Shown: in pieces, positions 1-12,279 of the stretch
How the letters are laid out: each line of letters opens with the position of its first letter
Position numbering within the stretch: position 1 is the stretch's first letter
Assembly (NCBI GenBank): GCA_023334545.1
Contig: JAADVB010000078.1
Span: forward strand, 1-64,000
Length of the DNA: 64,000 nucleotides
Direction of reading: 5' to 3'
DNA from: Salisapilia sapeloensis CBS 127946
Taxonomy: Eukaryota; Protista; Oomycota
Notes under the pieces: model-generated
What the model was told of the DNA's origin: nothing
The model's database searches: none
The model's input: the letters and a program-made list of their open reading frames with translations, nothing else
Translations under genes and position numbers: made by a program

Positions 1-123
1 AGCACGCAGCTCGTCCTGAGCTTTGGCGAGCGAGACAAGGCCAAGTCGGACGCCATCAAAGCCGCGCTCACAGACCTCCGGACGCAGCTACGCGCCGTCG
101 ACCAGCAGCTACAGACCTCTTGA
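1..123 (+). CDS. 3' end of an unidentified gene running in from outside the window
   Basis: Frame 1 is open from base 1 (STQLVLSFGERDKAKSDAIKAALTDLRTQLRAVDQQLQTS) to TGA at 121-123, with GC-rich codon usage like the other genes. Confidence 0.5.
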   Translation, partial: STQLVLSFGERDKAKSDAIKAALTDLRTQLRAVDQQLQTS

Positions 124-418
124 CTCCAATATACTTTCTATATGTCGGACGTTGGCGTTGGAAGGGCAGTTCGTATGTGGTATCCTGTCCATCGACAGCC
201 TACAACTCCCTGCCATGACGTACCGAACATACATCCCCATCCTCCTCCCTTCCATGACGCCAAGACATACCACTAACTATCCAGATAAAACAAGTACTCT
301 TTCCTGTCCATCCAGTTCCCTGTCGTCCTACCACCACCCTACGTCCGACTACATCTCCCTCTCCTTGTACTACCCGACATGACCTTCTACCTCTACCACT
401 TCCATTTCCAAAGCTACT

Positions 419-1069
419 ATGCACCTCGACTGTCTACATCGAGTCCATCGACTTGCTTGTCATGTCCTGCAGTGGTGTCGAGTGAGCTTCTATCGTCTAG
501 GAGCACCGAGCACCGTCCATTCGAACTACGACGTCGGGTCGAGTGACAGCTTGAGGAGCAGCAGTCTGAGTCTGTCGTGTGACTCGCCAGTGTATGAGGA
601 AGCATGGCCGATCGAAGTGGTCGAGACTGCGGATACGGCTTCGATGACGAGGGAAGAGTCGAGCCTCTACGCCTCTTCCTTATCTTCCAACGACATCCAA
701 GACGACAGTCCTATCGCCTCGTTCCTGTCGACTCAGACGAGCTGGGGACTAGCAGAGTCGGGAGGACAGAGTCACCGACCTTCTGTATGGGAGCGATCGA
801 CCATGTCGTCTCCAGACGCGTCGCTAGGCTCCGTACCGCTTATGGCAGTAAACCACTTGGTGCAGGAGAATCGAAGGGAGAATGTGCTGTCTCCGTCTAT
901 ATCGTCCTACTCGCTCACGAACAGCTCGCCTCGACCGTCGGATTCGACGCTGACTGTATCGACTCATCCAAGGTCTTCGATCTCGAGACTCCTACTCTCC
1001 ATGTCATCCGACACATCTTCCATCCTACAGCTACCCTCCATCCTCCAGAGCAAAAGACCTACCAAGTAG
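419..1069 (+). CDS. Hypothetical Ser-rich, low-complexity protein; 5' end uncertain
   Basis: 216-codon stop-free frame, while the antisense frames contain stops. No domain recognised. Confidence 0.35.
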   Translation: MHLDCLHRVHRLACHVLQWCRVSFYRLGAPSTVHSNYDVGSSDSLRSSSLSLSCDSPVYEEAWPIEVVETADTASMTREESSLYASSLSSNDIQDDSPIASFLSTQTSWGLAESGGQSHRPSVWERSTMSSPDASLGSVPLMAVNHLVQENRRENVLSPSISSYSLTNSSPRPSDSTLTVSTHPRSSISRLLLSMSSDTSSILQLPSILQSKRPTK

Positions 1070-1308
1070 CATCTTCTATCATTTATAATTTAGCAAGAAA
1101 CCCATTTGAAAGAGAGATAAGAGTTATCTTGAACTATCTTTTTATATGCTTACAAACATCAAGTGTAATTATTTACGAAATAACTTTTACCTTTCAAGAT
1201 CTAATAATAGCTTTATATACTTTAATCAAGATAAAATTAACATTTATAAATTAATTCCAACGAAGATATTGTATGTCTTCCACATGAATTCACCGACACT
1301 AATCCAAT

Positions 1309-2251
1309 ATGTCGAATTGGACGACGATTGAATCCGATCCAGGTACGCTACTTCCATCCCTCCACCCCACTCACAACTAAATCTCCCTCAGGTGTCTTCA
1401 CTGAACTCATAGAAGACTTGGGCGTCCGAGGCGTCCAAGTCGAAGAGCTCTATACGCTCGATCCAGAGCAATTCGCAGACCTCGGACAGGTCTTTGGCCT
1501 CGTATTCCTCTTCAAATATGACCCGGCTCTCCACAGCGATCAGACGTCCAGCGGTACCCCAGCTCCTGACGCCGACCTCTTTTTCGCGAAGCAAGTGATC
1601 AATAACGCGTGTGCGACCCAAGCCATTCTGTCGATCCTACTCAATCAGCCGCACCTAGAGCTCGGATCGACTCTATCCGAGTTCCGAGAGTTCACGAGCG
1701 ACTTTCCTCCAGAGCTCAAGGGCCTCGCCATTTCTAATAGCGACGCCATTCGTACTGCCCACAACTCGTTTGCGTCGCCTGAACCTTTCGTTATTGAGCA
1801 TCGTCAAGCCACGAAAGACGATGATGTATACCACTTTGCAGCGTATGTGCCTGCCAATGGACGCGTGTACGAGCTCGATGGACTGAGAGAGAGTCCGATC
1901 GACCTCGGGCCATCTACGTCCGACAAGTGGCTCGAGGTCGCGACTCCTGTGATCCAGCAGCAGATCGAAAAGTATGCTAGCTCCGAGATTCGATTCAATC
2001 TCCTTGCAGTCGTGAAGAACAAGGTGGACAGTATCCGACATGATCTGGACCATGCGTCCAACGAGATGGAACGGAACGAACTCAAGCTCCAATTAGCACG
2101 TGAAGAGCAGAAGCGTCAGGAGTGGCGAGATGAGAATAAGCGACGAAAGCACAACTACCTTCCGTTCGTCATTCAGCTCCTCAAGACACTTGCCAAACGA
2201 AAGGAACTGGACGGACTGATCCAGCAGCAGACACAGGCAACGCCTCAATAA
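1309..2251 (+). CDS. UCHL5: Ubiquitin C-terminal hydrolase UCH37/UCHL5 (peptidase C12)
   Basis: Exon 1 (1309-1342, MSNWTTIESDP), a 49-nt GT-AG intron (1343-1391), then GVFTELI. Catalytic motifs QVINNACATQAIL, VYHF and YELDGL are present, as is the C-terminal ULD (ENKRRKHNYLPF). Confidence 0.95.
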
Positions 2252-2276
2252 AAAGAAAATTGGTTCTTTTCTTTTT
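2250..2276. terminator. A-tract/T-tract inverted repeat between convergent stop codons; candidate shared 3'-end signal
   Basis: AAAAAGAAAA (2250-2259) and TTTTCTTTTT (2267-2276) form a perfect 10-bp inverted repeat with a 7-nt loop. Function is inferred. Confidence 0.35.
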
Positions 2277-2285
2277 CTTAGAAGT

Positions 2286-2783
2286 CTACTGTCCCCCACG
2301 CAGTTGGAGGACCATGTGGATGGTGCCACCGGCGTCGACGTTGTAGTCCTGCAGCGTCTTGTCGTCGGCTCTAGGTTGTATGTTTAGCAAGTGCTACTGT
2401 CTCTAGACGTATGAAGGGTATACAATTGCTTGCCACTGTAGATGAGTCTATACGAAGCGTAAGAGAATAGAAGGAGAGGAAGGAGAGAGATTCATACCGG
2501 ATCTGGTCGACCTGGATGCCCTCCTTTTCCTGGAGAGCCTGCTTCACATGCAGGATCTACATGTCGATATGAGACGACTGGAAGGACACATCGAAGAGAA
2601 GAACATACCGTATTATCCGGCTCAAAATTGAACGTTTGCTGCGTCGAGCGTTAGTCTATCGTCCTGTTCAGCATCCATGCACACCATACCTTTCGCCCCG
2701 TCAGCGTCTACATTCCTCCACATGTTAATCTCCCACTAGCCATAAGATGTACGTGCAACTAGGACCTTGATCTGAATCTGCAT
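2286..2783 (-). CDS. NEDD8: NEDD8/RUB1 ubiquitin-like modifier, 6 exons
   Basis: Hand-spliced across 5 GT-AG introns: MQIQIK|TLTGRK|QTFNFEPDNT|ILHVKQALQEKEGIQVDQIR|LIYSGKQL|ADDKTLQDYNVDAGGTIHMVLQLRGGQ*. Absent from the ORF track. Confidence 0.85.
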
Positions 2784-2860
2784 GAGCTCTTCTTGGTCTT
2801 AGACTGGGTATTGTGTCAATTTCCAAAATGGGAGGCAAAGCTCCGTCAACTTTGTACAAA

Positions 2861-3704
2861 ATGTTTTCCCTCTTCTATGGACTATGGACGTATCTGTTCC
2901 ATCAAGCTGAGCTCCATCTACTCATCGTCGGACTCGATGATGCTGGCAAGACAGTACACCCCTCTACTCTCTACTAGTATGGTACGATATAAAGGAGGTG
3001 CAAGTAGACGCTGTTGGAGCAATTGAAAGAGCTCTTTGGGAACAAGCGTGGCATCCCGTTGGACAAGATCCCGCCAACCGTCGGACTTAACAGTACTTTT
3101 CTATACATAAACACTAGATGTCCGACCTCACGCGCCTCTAGTCGCCAAGGTGCATGTCCAGAGGTCTCGTGTCATCTTCTGGGACCTCGGCGGCCAAGAG
3201 CGTCTACGTGCGATCTGGGACAAGTACTATAGCGAAAGCCACGGTCTAGTCTTTGTCATTGACTCGGCCAATGCCAGTCGCTTTGAAGAAGCTAAAGAAA
3301 CCTTGCGTACGTCCTCTCTTCCTCCTATAAAAAGAAAAGAGTACAAAAGATAAATGCAGACCAAATGCTGTCGAACCAAGAGCTCCAGGACATTCCGCTC
3401 CTCGTCCTCGCTAACAAGATGGATCTAGACGTAGGTCGGTTTGCTATCGACTAGCCCAACTAGATACTAAAGCTCCATACAGGACGCCAAGGACATCAAG
3501 AGCATCACGTCCATGCTAGATACCTCGAGCCACTCTGGTCCGACGGCGAGTCTTCCGATCTGCGCACTCACAAAGTGATTTTCTAGCTACTTTGCTACCT
3601 CCTCCCATCTAACACACACTAGAGAAGGCGTGTCGACCGCCATCCAGTGGCTCGTGGACGCCGTCCAGACCTCCGATCGATACGTAAGGATGCAAAACAA
3701 GTAA
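2861..3704 (+). CDS. ARFRP1: ADP-ribosylation factor-related protein 1 (ARFRP1/Arl3p), 6 exons
   Basis: MFSLFYGLWTYLF N-terminus, plus GLDDAGKT, PTVGLN, WDLGGQ and LANKMD. Five GT-AG introns restore the frame. Confidence 0.9.
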
Positions 3705-3731
3705 AGCCTTGGTCTACCATGGTATATTGTC

Positions 3732-4658
3732 TTAAAGCCGACGTTGCTTGGCCAGTTCACTCACCTCCACGAGACGCTGGCCCGTCCTTCGAGCAATCTC
3801 TTCCGCCGACTCGTGCTTGGTCAAGGCGTTGAACGTCGCCTTGATCACCGTGTACGGGTTCCGCTGGCCGTGACACTTGCTCACGACGTCCGAGATGCCG
3901 AAGCAGTCCAGCACACACGATACCGTGTCGCTCACCTTGAGACCCTTGCCTTCCGGCGACGGACGCAGGAAGAGCGTGCAGCTATTCCACTTGCCGTGCA
4001 CCTCGTGGAAGAGCGTACGGTTGTCGAAGCGGTCGACGAACGTAAAGTCCTTGATGGCGCGGCGGGTGGCACGCTCGATGGCTTCGGGGACAGACCCTGC
4101 CTTCCCGAGCGCATATCCGGCGCATCCACGCATGTTCCCCACGACGACCATGGCGCGGAAGCGAAGGATATTGCCCTGCGTCGTGGTCTTCTGGACCTTG
4201 TCGACGTGCACGATCTGACGCAAAAGACCCATGCGGTGGAGGTTGAGTTCTTCGTCATCAATCTCCGGAGAGAATTCCATGTCCTGCGCGTCTTCACGGA
4301 ACTCCTGGATGCCTTCCAGCACCCCTGCATCCGGTCGGACGTAGCCGAAGGGCGCGTCGTCGTCCTTGACCATGACCTCGTTCTTCTTGAACTCGTCCAA
4401 GATTCGACGTCGAGCTTCGCCCTTTACCTGCGGGGCGATGGCCTTGAATCGAGAGCGCTTGGCGGCTTCCGGCATCGTCTGGCGCTTGGGCATAATGTCC
4501 GGTCGGTGCTTGGTGATGATCGGGTCCTCCCGGTCCTCCTCATCGTCTCCGTCTCCGTCCTCAAAGTCGGAGAAGCAAGCGATGGGCTGCTGGAAGACAG
4601 ACGCACGAGGGATCGTCTGAGCAGCTCGGACGGAGCGAGTCGCAAAGCGCTGCAGCAT
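3732..4658 (-). CDS. MRPS5: Mitochondrial ribosomal protein uS5m
   Basis: Arg/Ser-rich presequence. S5 motifs RFRAMVVVGN-GCAGYALGKA, FDNRTLFHEVHGK and DVVSKCHG-NPYTVIKATF. Confidence 0.9.
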   Translation of the reverse strand: MLQRFATRSVRAAQTIPRASVFQQPIACFSDFEDGDGDDEEDREDPIITKHRPDIMPKRQTMPEAAKRSRFKAIAPQVKGEARRRILDEFKKNEVMVKDDDAPFGYVRPDAGVLEGIQEFREDAQDMEFSPEIDDEELNLHRMGLLRQIVHVDKVQKTTTQGNILRFRAMVVVGNMRGCAGYALGKAGSVPEAIERATRRAIKDFTFVDRFDNRTLFHEVHGKWNSCTLFLRPSPEGKGLKVSDTVSCVLDCFGISDVVSKCHGQRNPYTVIKATFNALTKHESAEEIARRTGQRLVEVSELAKQRRL

Positions 4659-5906
4659 CTCCGCTCGATTCGATTTTGGTTTCTTGTCGGCCAGGAAAAA
4701 TAGACTGGGGATATGTATGTCTTTTACAAGATGGAGGATCGGGAGATGGAGAAGCTACCGACGCTATTGGATGTCTATGGTGGTACATGCTATCCGCATA
4801 CTTGTCTGCCACTCCATCTGCTCTAGAGATATGTACATCCTTAGTCGTGTGTCCTACCAGCCCAAGTTGACACGGCAAGCAACACCATGTAGACAGTATA
4901 TTCGTGTTGCTTGGAGAAACATTCTACTCGTGCCTCTCGTATAAGAGCTTTGTCGGCTAGTCTACTGCTCCACACGACCCGCTGGCAATATAATCTCTTA
5001 AGATAAACTCCACAAGGCTGTGTCGGAAGAAGCATACGGGCGCATCGACTGCTTTATTTCCTACCAGTTTAACGGCTTCATCTAGATGACGCTTGATGAA
5101 ATTGAACTGATGAGTTTAGTCAGCTATCTAGGCCTGATGTTCAGCTTGAAACGAAAGCATCTAGGCCGTGCGTTAGGTTTCCAATGGCAAGCAGCAAAGC
5201 AAATTCGACCATTCTCAGCAAACGCGGAATAGCCCGATCCGATTATCGTTAATAGAGCTACGAAGCCTCAAGCCTCAATTATGCTGAATCGGTACTATGT
5301 ACGAACACAGCCAGTATGTGTTGTGTACTTGTTAAGTAGCTAAAGCTTTCTCATATCGATCCCGATAAAGACTACTTTGATACAAGCTTACCGGATACAA
5401 AGACCAAAAAATAGTATGGGTGGCTACTTCCAAAAAGTGCGTTTATACGTACATTTCTAGCTCAATAATTATCTATCATACTACAGCTAAAATTGATAAT
5501 TTAGTATGCTGAGAAAAAAGCTTGAGTATGTCCTTACACCTCACTAATTATATCGTTTACAGTCGACTATGCAGCTATATGTACTAGCATGCATATAATT
5601 TCTTACCTGTTTGGTAGGTTTGCCTCTTCGTTTCTTTCGTAACTTTCTCAGTTATCTTAGGCTTCTACGATAAAACAATCGACATAAATACCTTCTAGAT
5701 CAATTAGTTCATCAAGAGAATTTGGCATTTTACCACCGATTGTCAATAGAATAGAAACGAGCTTTTTAGTAAGTGGGGCTTTTTAATCATGCCCCTTTTT
5801 ATATTTTTATGTTATGCTTTATAGGTTTTTTTTTTAAATTTATGCTTGCGCTTGTGCTGATATATATCTATTAATAACAGAGCGCTTCTGACGTCCTGCC
5901 AGCAGC

Positions 5907-6311
5907 TTACAATTGACCTTCTGCCGAGTTCTCGGTCCGTTGTGTCATTTCGTCCTTCATCTTCTGGATGTCTTCTGCCATGTTGCACATACTCAATAAC
6001 TGAGTATGTTTGCGCGCGGCATCGACTTTTTTCTCTACGCTTGGTAAATCCTTTAATAGTTCTCTGGCGCGCCAAAGGCGTTTTACAATGTTCTGCTCAT
6101 CCTTCACTTCGGTTTTTAGACGCTGAAGAAAGGCAGCTAGAGCGCTGACATCTTCACGGATTGCCTTGTTGCCGCGCAAAATCTTCTTCTGTATGTCTTC
6201 CAGTTCTTTAAGCTTACCAAGCAGTCTATTATAATCTTTCTCGCAGAGATCCCAATATTTCTTGATCATCCCGTGTACTCTGACGGTACATTTGAGTGCC
6301 GCGATGACCAT
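5907..6311 (-). CDS. Orphan, predicted all-helical ORF; possibly a truncated N-terminal domain
   Basis: 134-aa ATG-initiated ORF with an amphipathic heptad pattern, located inside the gene desert. No confident family. Confidence 0.3.
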   Translation of the reverse strand: MVIAALKCTVRVHGMIKKYWDLCEKDYNRLLGKLKELEDIQKKILRGNKAIREDVSALAAFLQRLKTEVKDEQNIVKRLWRARELLKDLPSVEKKVDAARKHTQLLSMCNMAEDIQKMKDEMTQRTENSAEGQL

Positions 6312-6849
6312 TTTTCCGTATTGAGGCTGCAGATTAAAGTTAGAATTTATTAAACGTCATGTATAGTTCAAATAGTACTATGAGCATATCTGCTAATACT
6401 GTGACGACTTCCATGGCCAGTTTGACGATATGTTGGAGAATTGATAAATGAAGGCCACGCACTATGCCTGGACGAACGAGTGCTTTTCTTTGAAGCGAAG
6501 ACTGTGGAGTCTAACTGTTTTCTCCTGTCAACGTGACAGGTGGGTTGCGGGATCGTGAGATGCCTGTCCACGGGGGAAGATGTGTTGGAACTTTAATTGC
6601 CGAATTGCTTCAGCGGTATCTCGAACCCTTACTGAACGAGAGCGTCTGAAAACTATCTCAACTTCTTTTGTTAGTTTCAAGCTTCAAGAATATTAGACGA
6701 GTATGTGAATCAGCAGTCTTACGAAGTTTTCTTTAGACCTTTGAGTCATTTATGCACGTTTCCATTAGCTTGGGTGTCATTCAGTATGTAGAATGGCCGA
6801 AACTGCTCGTGACGGCATAAGCATCTCTATATCTGAGTTGTGCGGGAAA

Positions 6850-8350
6850 ATCATCTCCTTCTTATGTAGATGGGTTTACCGATCGGAAACTACGATCAGG
6901 TTATAAGACTATCTCCATCATTGCGGCTATACCTACCGGAAGCCTATATTTGGCAGTCGAAAACTCATTTGACCTTGCAGCGATAGGGCCAGTTCAGGGC
7001 TGAAAGCTGCAGTCATAGTCCACTGCCAAATCCACAGACAAATTCGGCAGCGCAGATAGCCGTGGGGGCATGGATTAAAGCTACTAGTTGCTTTCCGGTG
7101 GCAGATACCAGCTTCAGGAGCTATGTCAAAGTCTCGACGTCTCTAATCATAAGTATAAATGAAGGTAAGATTGTAAGCTCAGTAGGACTGAGAGTGACCA
7201 GCACGAAGCTTTACATTTGTGGAAAGCGACATCAGCCTCAAAAATGAGGCAGTTTTATGCATTACCATTAAGCTCTTCAACAAAAGAGTATAGCTGTCGA
7301 GTAGCCACATCGGTGTGGCGCCATCTAAAACTGCTGCATTTATAAGTGGGCCGTTTTTGGGTTTATGGACAAGATAGGATAATCTCATCTGGGCGGACGT
7401 TCTAACATCTTTGGTCGTTTACACGCCGAGCCACGATATAAAATTCAATTTTGTTGTAGTCGTTGATATTTTATCTTTGACATACGTCTCAGGTTGTATG
7501 AAGGTTACTGAGATCATTGTCTCTGCAGAGGCGAAGGGTGCGAAAGTAAGAGAGATTGGTTCATCTTTGCAACATCTTGGTGCGGTTAGTAAGTACGAAT
7601 TTAACTTTTTTTAGCTTCAATATCTTATCAAATGCCCTAGGAGCAAACTCTTGATCGCCTGAGATGTCCAAATGATAATCCAAAGCTCATAATTCTTTCT
7701 TGGGTTCTCAGCAGCGATGGTGGAAACCGACAATCGATAACTACCGTGTTTAAATTCGGAGCTACCTCCAGAATCGTATATCGCCGCTTATGCGATTCTT
7801 AATAAAAATGTTCGGCCGAGACTGGTGTACAGGAAGAGTTGGTTATATCTATCGTTTACAATGAGGAAGCTAATAGTAAACGAGTCTGCATTGCGATCAT
7901 TGCAAAGCAAGCTCATACAATGGATGATATACACGCAAGAATACCAGCCACATACAATCTAGTTAGCTTCCTATATCTGTTTAAAGGAATGAGTTTGAGT
8001 AGTTCATCCTATCGATCGTTAAACTATTGACCAGGACTTGAGGTAGATGGATGGTAGCCAAATGGAATGCAAGTAGCTAAATGAGGTCAATGATTCAGGC
8101 TGAAGAGGTACTTTTGCGTGATTTAATTGCGAGCGAGAGAGTCATGATATGTAAAACTGCTTTGGCAGAGCACACCAGTAAGTTTCTTTAACAAGTCGAA
8201 TTGAGCTGGTTCGATCCATGGCATGGAGAGTGCGGTGTGTTGGCAGTTTTTTGGCAACGCCATAAAGCGTGCAACACATCTCATACAAGCAAAGTTTGTG
8301 TCTTCATGAACGGAACCAGCGTGACTCTATGCATCTGGAAGCATGCAGCA
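6850..8350 (-). pseudogene. Possible decayed ankyrin-repeat remnants
   Basis: Only short stop-interrupted peptides resembling ankyrin motifs (LINAAVLDGATPMWL, NDGDSL, ANTPH). Could be chance. Confidence 0.2.
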
Positions 8351-11300
8351 GTAGTAGAACTACATCCTATATTCGTCATGAATGTACATATCGAAAAACT
8401 ATATGAAATTGACGTTGGATACGGTAACTACGTTGCAGAACAATGTGAGAGGCTTCGAAGACGTTACCAGACTCATCGAGTTGTTAGAAAATAAACCTCT
8501 GTAGAACGTGAGATCAAGATATGCGCTGAGCAAGCTGATTGATAGTCAGAAGATTCATTATGTAGGGATAAAGCGGTAGACCAAATCGTAAGAGCAGTTT
8601 GCTATGGTATACCAGTTCAGGCTACTCACGTGATCGTGAGCGCACTACATGCTTGGCCCGTTTCATGGGTCTAAAGACAGCATAGTGTCTTATAGCGATG
8701 TCCAAGGCAAAGTCCTAAAATATCAATCGCTTCATCTTTAAAGCGTACACTAAGAAGGTCGGCATCTCTCATTCTTCATTCTTAGAGCAAATTTAAAGGC
8801 ATACAGATAACAAAGAAAGCAGCACTATCGTTAGTAGCTCGACATCTCGTTAGCGTTCATTTCATTGTTATAGGACTAGTCGAAAAGTCGAGAGAATGGA
8901 CTGAGATCGATGATGTTATTAGGCGAAAGAACTTTATAACGAAAGAGAAGGGTTTAGATTTGGTCTTGTCTCTGTGCGTTCTCACTTGGGAATTTGCCAG
9001 CAACCCATGGATTGTTCCCTCATTTATCTACTCCGAGCTACAACTTTCTAAGCAATACCCTCGGATTTCTAATGTTACCTACGTGATGGCGTTCAATCCT
9101 CTTTGAACTACAAATTAGAATAATAACTAGAACGTGCGGCTCAAGCAGCAAAATCATACACCCTTCCAAACCAAGGCGATGAGTCAAAGGGTAATCGAGA
9201 TTTCCTTATACAAGATCAGGTCCTACCGTCCAAACATCATGTTCGGCATCTAAAGCTACTGCGTTGCAGTATGAACAAACTAACCATTAAAATAGATGGG
9301 GTTGCTAACGAAGAAATACTGGTATGGAGGGTTCACGAAAGTATATCATCAACATATCACAAGCGCTAACTGTAAGCAAAAGACGAAATGATTGTACTAG
9401 CTTACAAGCGGTTTACGATATACGAAGACTATTTGTGGGCAGAATATTGGTCCAACAAATCCTTCTGTGTGGTCACTACGATCGTAGCAAACTTGTCTAG
9501 GGGAAGCAGATATCAATGGACATGTGGAGTGCTACACAGCTCGTACAATTGACTGTGATAGTAGAAAAGTGCTCGGAGTAAGCTACACACCAATATATTT
9601 TTTCATTGACTTCATCACGAGTGATTCAAATCGAGTCTCATCATCGGAATTTTGAATACGAGTCTGATATCGAGGCATTTGGCATGCTGTTGAAGAAGCT
9701 GCAAATGAGCAAGGTATTAACTCTGGAGAGCATCCCTATAAACGTGACGCATTCGGTCCACGGAAAAGCTATAGAGTTTTTTCTATGACCGGGTGCTTCG
9801 GTATCAAACTTCTGTAAGAGTTCCAAGATTCTTAAGTAGCCTCCATGCCGATGATTGAGGTCTGTAGTGATGACGTGCCAGTGATAGGAGCAATCGAAAC
9901 GAAGGTGTAGCAGTTAGATGACTTTCCTGACTCCGTGCGAATGTAACAGGTCCCAGTGTGTCTTTACCGATAAAGCTACTTTACGGCCATAACAAGCTAG
10001 GAGTAGCATCTTGTCAAGCGTACCGTGCACTCTGTACCAAGTGAAGCTACGAAATTTAATGATGAACTTGCCCGGGTATCATGTATACTGCAGGTTGGTT
10101 TCATCGACGTACTGCACGAAGCAATCAGCGACAAACTTTTCGTGAGCGACTTGCTCGATGCTCCTAATAACAAATAGGCATACAATAAAGCTCACAGTAT
10201 GCTACTGCGTTAAATATCACTTTGATATAGAAAGTGCCAGCGATCCAGTCAGAAGCTAAAGGCTAGGATGACAGAGATTTGTCGTCGGAGAGCTTGGACA
10301 AGCTTACAACTTATGGATTTGCTAATATGATGGACAGCGTAATGTAGTCGTACTCTCCGCAGTAAAAGTTGGTGTTCTTATTGCCGAGAATCTGTCGAAA
10401 GTAGCAGCTGGGCTATCTCATATAAGATAAGACTTTTAGCTATGAACAATCGGACAGATATCCACGAGAAGGAATTAGCTTTGCCATACAGACATAGGAC
10501 ACAGGAAGTTCGAACGAAGCAAGAGACAACCACTTATATTTCCATCTTTGAAACACCCACCACAACTAGAATCGACTAAGTAGTCTCATAAATCTTTTGA
10601 ATTGCTTGCAGATTCGCATGCCTTCTACTACGAGAATCATTAAGAGGAGCGTTGCGAGTTCTGGATGAGAAATGAAGCATTAGATACTACGCTGGGAAAG
10701 ACAACGATGCGAATCAATGCTCTAAGCCTAGCAGAGCTTTGTGGTCGGTGAAAAACTACATGATCAACCGACTTCATTGGAGTCAATAAATGCATAGCTT
10801 TCTGTCTCTTAGCACAAATGCACAAGAGCAATACACCTACAGCAAAGTATGCAGGCCCATAGGCGCGCGGTGACTACCATTTACAAGAAAGTCATGTTTC
10901 TCAACTGAAGCATACAATCTCAAAGCAACAAGCCAGAGGTACTTCTTATTCCTCATTGAACCATCACAGTCAGCAAGTCCAGAGCATAAATATGATATTG
11001 AAATAATCATTCGAGCCATTATCGTCTAGTATCGCAGTCCTACTGCATACATGTTACTTGCAGCTAAGAGATTCGTTTGGCTAGACCTTCGATGTTCAGC
11101 AAATCTGTTCCAGAAGTGAAAGCTGCAAAAACACAACCAAGGCAGCTAACCAACGGAGCAACGTTCTCTAGTAAAGCAAATAACAACGATGATGACGAGG
11201 GAATACTATGTTGATTCTTAGCGGGGATCATTCCAACCGTTGACTTTATGCTGCAAGCCAACAACAAGAAATTTGATACCTAATAGGAGTTTGCTTGCCT

Positions 11301-12279
11301 GAAAATTACAGGCAGAACTTAGCAAGAGAGTAGCAAAACTATGCATAGCACAATAGATGCAAATTGAATGATAAAACGTTTCTCGACTTGCGGTTGTCTG
11401 CAGTTCAACACTACTGCGTACTGATCTCTGTACAAGGCATTCATGTACATGATAAGTTGAATGAGTTACTTATTCCAGCAGCAAAGAAGACTCTCACAAG
11501 GATTGGCATACACCTACTAAAATAAAACTATTCTAGCTTGCTGTTTGGAACAGCAATATGAGTTTGCGTTCCAATGCATGCTTTTATCTGGTTGGTAAGA
11601 GCTTAATCAATGGCACACAGAAAGCATTTGAGAGGTAGCAGAAGCTCTCGATGGCTCGCGCCATAGTGAAAACTACTGAATAAAAGCTACTGCCTGGTAG
11701 GATAATTACAAGTGCTATTTATGAATAGGATGCCTGCTAGCTAGCACTTCATACCATCACGTAACAAGTACCTCAATCAACCAAGCCAAATACAGCATGG
11801 ACCAACAAACTTATATTTTGTTTCGAAAGAAATGAGTATCCTCAATACTATATACTATCAGCATAATGAGTCCGTCTATACGGACAGCTCCGACACGCAA
11901 AGGTGAGGTCCAAGATAAAATGAAGCCTATCACACCTGTTTTCCCAAGGCTTTTCTTTTGGCAATTATAACTTTGAGGTGCGTTTGGTCTTGGCAGCTTT
12001 CGACATTAAATGGTCGATACAAATTCAGCTGTATGCGTACAACTCAGCTAGCTAAAGCTTATACTTTCTTCTAAAATGTGTAGTTCATAATTGAGCTACT
12101 GTGATGGCATTATCTATACAGTTTTATCAAATTATATACTGCCTTGATTATGTTGGTGCGTTCAATTTAATTTGAACCATATACAATAAATTTAGAATGC
12201 TTTCGTGCACGCAATCAACAGTTTGTTGCATGAGATCAGATAGGTATCTTGCTAAATTGGTCTTTACGATTGCTCATCA

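Noticed and set aside
3744-4703. 319-aa plus-strand ORF
   Set aside because: Antisense shadow of MRPS5; no motifs of its own.
5080-5400. piggyBac-like transposase remnant
   Set aside because: Only a vague peptide resemblance; no DDD motif, TIR or TTAA site identified.
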